A DNA stretch of 63,571 nt, counting the filler, from Chiloscyllium plagiosum (lineage: Eukaryota): assembly GCF_004010195.1 (NCBI RefSeq). It is 4 parts of one record of this genome, joined end to end, with 100 filler letters (N's around TTAATTAATTAA, not from the genome) between each part and the next. Parts side by side here need not be neighbours in the genome. Positions count along the whole stretch, not along the records: positions 60,096 to 63,571 come from NC_057712.1; 3 more parts are not named here. One strand, written 5' to 3'. Shown in pieces: positions 61,456 through 63,571 of this stretch. Both the position numbers and the translations under genes were made by a program. Every line of letters begins with the position of its first letter. Positions within the stretch are counted from its first letter, which is position 1. Below the pieces are notes generated by a model, which saw only the letters and a list, made by a program, of their open reading frames with translations, was not told the DNA's origin and did no database searches.

Positions 61456-62247
61456 ATTGTAAGAGATAATGGATGTTGGTTTGCCTTTCCCCCACTCTGG
61501 TATATATCTTCCCCCTTTTTCTTTTTTCTTACCTTACCCCCCCTTGGGATTGTTTTCTTTTATTATTTTATGTATATATGAGTATGTGAGTATACATATG
61601 TGAGTATGTATGTATATATGTGTGTAGAGATATATATATATATGTATGTGTTTGTATGTATATATATAAATATATAAGCCGGGATGTTTGGTTAATGTTG
61701 GTGGGGGGAGGCGGTTACCTTATTCTATTTTACCTCTGTCTTTAGGAGCGGGGTTGTTTTTCCCTTGTTATTTTGTATTATTATATTTAATTATTATTTG
61801 TTGAGGTTGTAATTTTATAGTTATATGTTTATATGTTTATATACGGTATTAACATTACCAAATATATCCAGGTGTTGGTATGGGTAGGGGTAGGGTGCTC
61901 ACTGTTAACTCTAGCTTTGTATTATATCTGATTTCTCCTCATTTTATTGAGGAGCGCCTGGGTCAAGGGTGGGGCATTGGTTGGGAGAGGATATGATGGA
62001 AATTTGGAAAGGAAGTGACACCCCCTGGGAACAAGGGGGAAAATCTCCACTTAAATATGTTTTATATTTTTTTTAATCTCCACTTAAATATGTTTTATTT
62101 TTTTTTATTATTTAGAAATAGTTTTTTATTACATTGTTGTGAGTGTATTAGAAAGCCTTTATTTTTGTAAATTTTATATGCTCTATGCTCGGAATGTTTT
62201 GGATAGGGTTTCCCCTCCGGAGGGGTCTCGGATTTGCCCGGATGATT

Positions 62248-63571
62248 ATGGCTGATCAGTCGGTTAAGTGGTGCACCTGGAATGTCAAGGGGAGTAATTC
62301 GCCAGTCAAAAGGAAGAAAATATTATCAAATCTTAAGAAAGAAAGAGTTGATATAGCTCTCCTACAGGAGACACATCTGTTGGATAAAGAACACTTGAAA
62401 TTACGGCAGGGTGGATTTGATCAGGCCTTTCTTTCTTCTTTTAGCTCAAAAAGCTGGGGGGTTTTTATTCTTGTTCGGAAGAATTTCCTTTTCAAAATCC
62501 TAAAGCAGATAAAAGACGAATCTGGACGATATATTTTGATTAAAGCCCTTATAAATGGAGAGGAATATGGGATTTTAAATTTGTACTGCCCCCCCCCGCA
62601 CACCCCTTTAAATTTATAATGGAAACCTTTTCAAAATTGATGGCTTTTGGTGCCCGTCATACAATTATAGGGGGAGACTTTAATTGTATTATGGATCCGG
62701 AAATAGATAGGATTCCCAAGAGTACTGCAGGAGTATCTCCCAGATCTAGACAATTGGCGGATCTGAACAAAGAATTAGGATTAGTAGATGTATGGAGATG
62801 TCTTCATCCACAGGGCAGAGATTTATCTTTCTACTCTAATCCACATAAATGCCATACCAGAATTGATATGTTTTTTGCCCCCTCGATTTTTTTAAATTCC
62901 ATATCATCCTGTAAAATAGGTAGTATAGCAATTTCCGACCACGCTGCTATATATATGGAAACCAAGGCGAGGAACAATGGGACATCCCCTCGGCATTGGC
63001 GTATGGACCCGTTCCTAATGAAAGATAGTAAATTTGTAAAGTACTTCTCTCAAGAATTTAAAACTTTTTTAGAAATCAATTCAGGTACGGCTAGCAACCG
63101 ATCAATGATGTGGGAGACCATCAAAGCTTACATGCGAGGTTTGATCATCTTCTACTCAGCGACCCAGAAAAAATTGAAGGGAGAACAACAGCGTCTGCTT
63201 GAAGCTCGCTTAAAAGCAGCTGAAACAGCATACACTGATAGACCTTCTATTATTAAATTGCAAAGGATTACGGCTCTTAGGACAGCTCTATACACTACGC
63301 TTACTCAAACGGCTAAGAAGGAAATATTATTTGCAAAACAAAGGTTATATGAATTTGGCGACAAACCGGGTAGATACTTAATATTTCTTGCAAAGACAAA
63401 AAAGGCCCCTCAGACTATTACGTCTATCAAGGAAAGTACGGGTATTTTGACTCATGATCATAAAAAGATTAATGCAATCTTTAGAGAATTTTATTCTGAG
63501 TTATATGAATCACAGAATTGTGAAGATAGGATGAGGAGGATGCAGTCATTTTTAAAAAATTTGACCTTTCC
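62248..63571 (+). CDS. L1 ORF2p N-terminus (APE endonuclease and tether), one frameshift in a C-run
   Basis: TWNVKG and LQETH; after the C9 run at ~62589-62597 come IIGGDFN, RIDMFF, SDHA, WETIKAYMRG and FREFYSELY, open to the window end. Confidence 0.88.

Larger units (their letters stand above)
60418..63571 (+). mobile_element. L1 retrotransposon with intact 5' end, continuing beyond the window
   Basis: Starts with a G-run then atccaagatggcggcg, followed by ORF1, a ~790-bp inter-ORF spacer and ORF2 with an APE endonuclease. Confidence 0.92.

Overview
Repeat-dense vertebrate genomic DNA, most likely from a shark. That assignment is inferred from HE1-type V-SINEs and their CR1/HER1-type partner LINEs. 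The assembly is gapped, and three gaps carry an artificial TTAATTAATTAA linker. Host genes are fragmentary: three frame-compatible + strand exons of an ADGRF-family adhesion GPCR (Cys-rich module, Thr/Ser stalk, start of a SEA domain; 2930-14523), and the terminal coding exon plus probable 3' UTR of MED23 (46804-46974). Neither gene's neighbouring exons are visible. The rest is nested mobile DNA: CR1 and a second CR1/L2-like LINE, SINEs, Penelope-like elements (PLEs) with hammerhead-ribozyme cores, Tigger-like MITEs, a Harbinger remnant, a FLYWCH-MULE transposon, an old full-length Gypsy element and the 5' part of a young L1. The most striking structure is inside one Gypsy LTR: a polarised stack of 5-6 poly(A)-tailed Tx1-like retroposon ends, all inserted at the same ~13-bp site, with divergence decreasing from left to right. 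Also notable are PLE fold-back insertions whose breakpoints cluster at the hammerhead motif; two of them carry inverted copies of nearby DNA. All family assignments come from motif recognition, not database searches.
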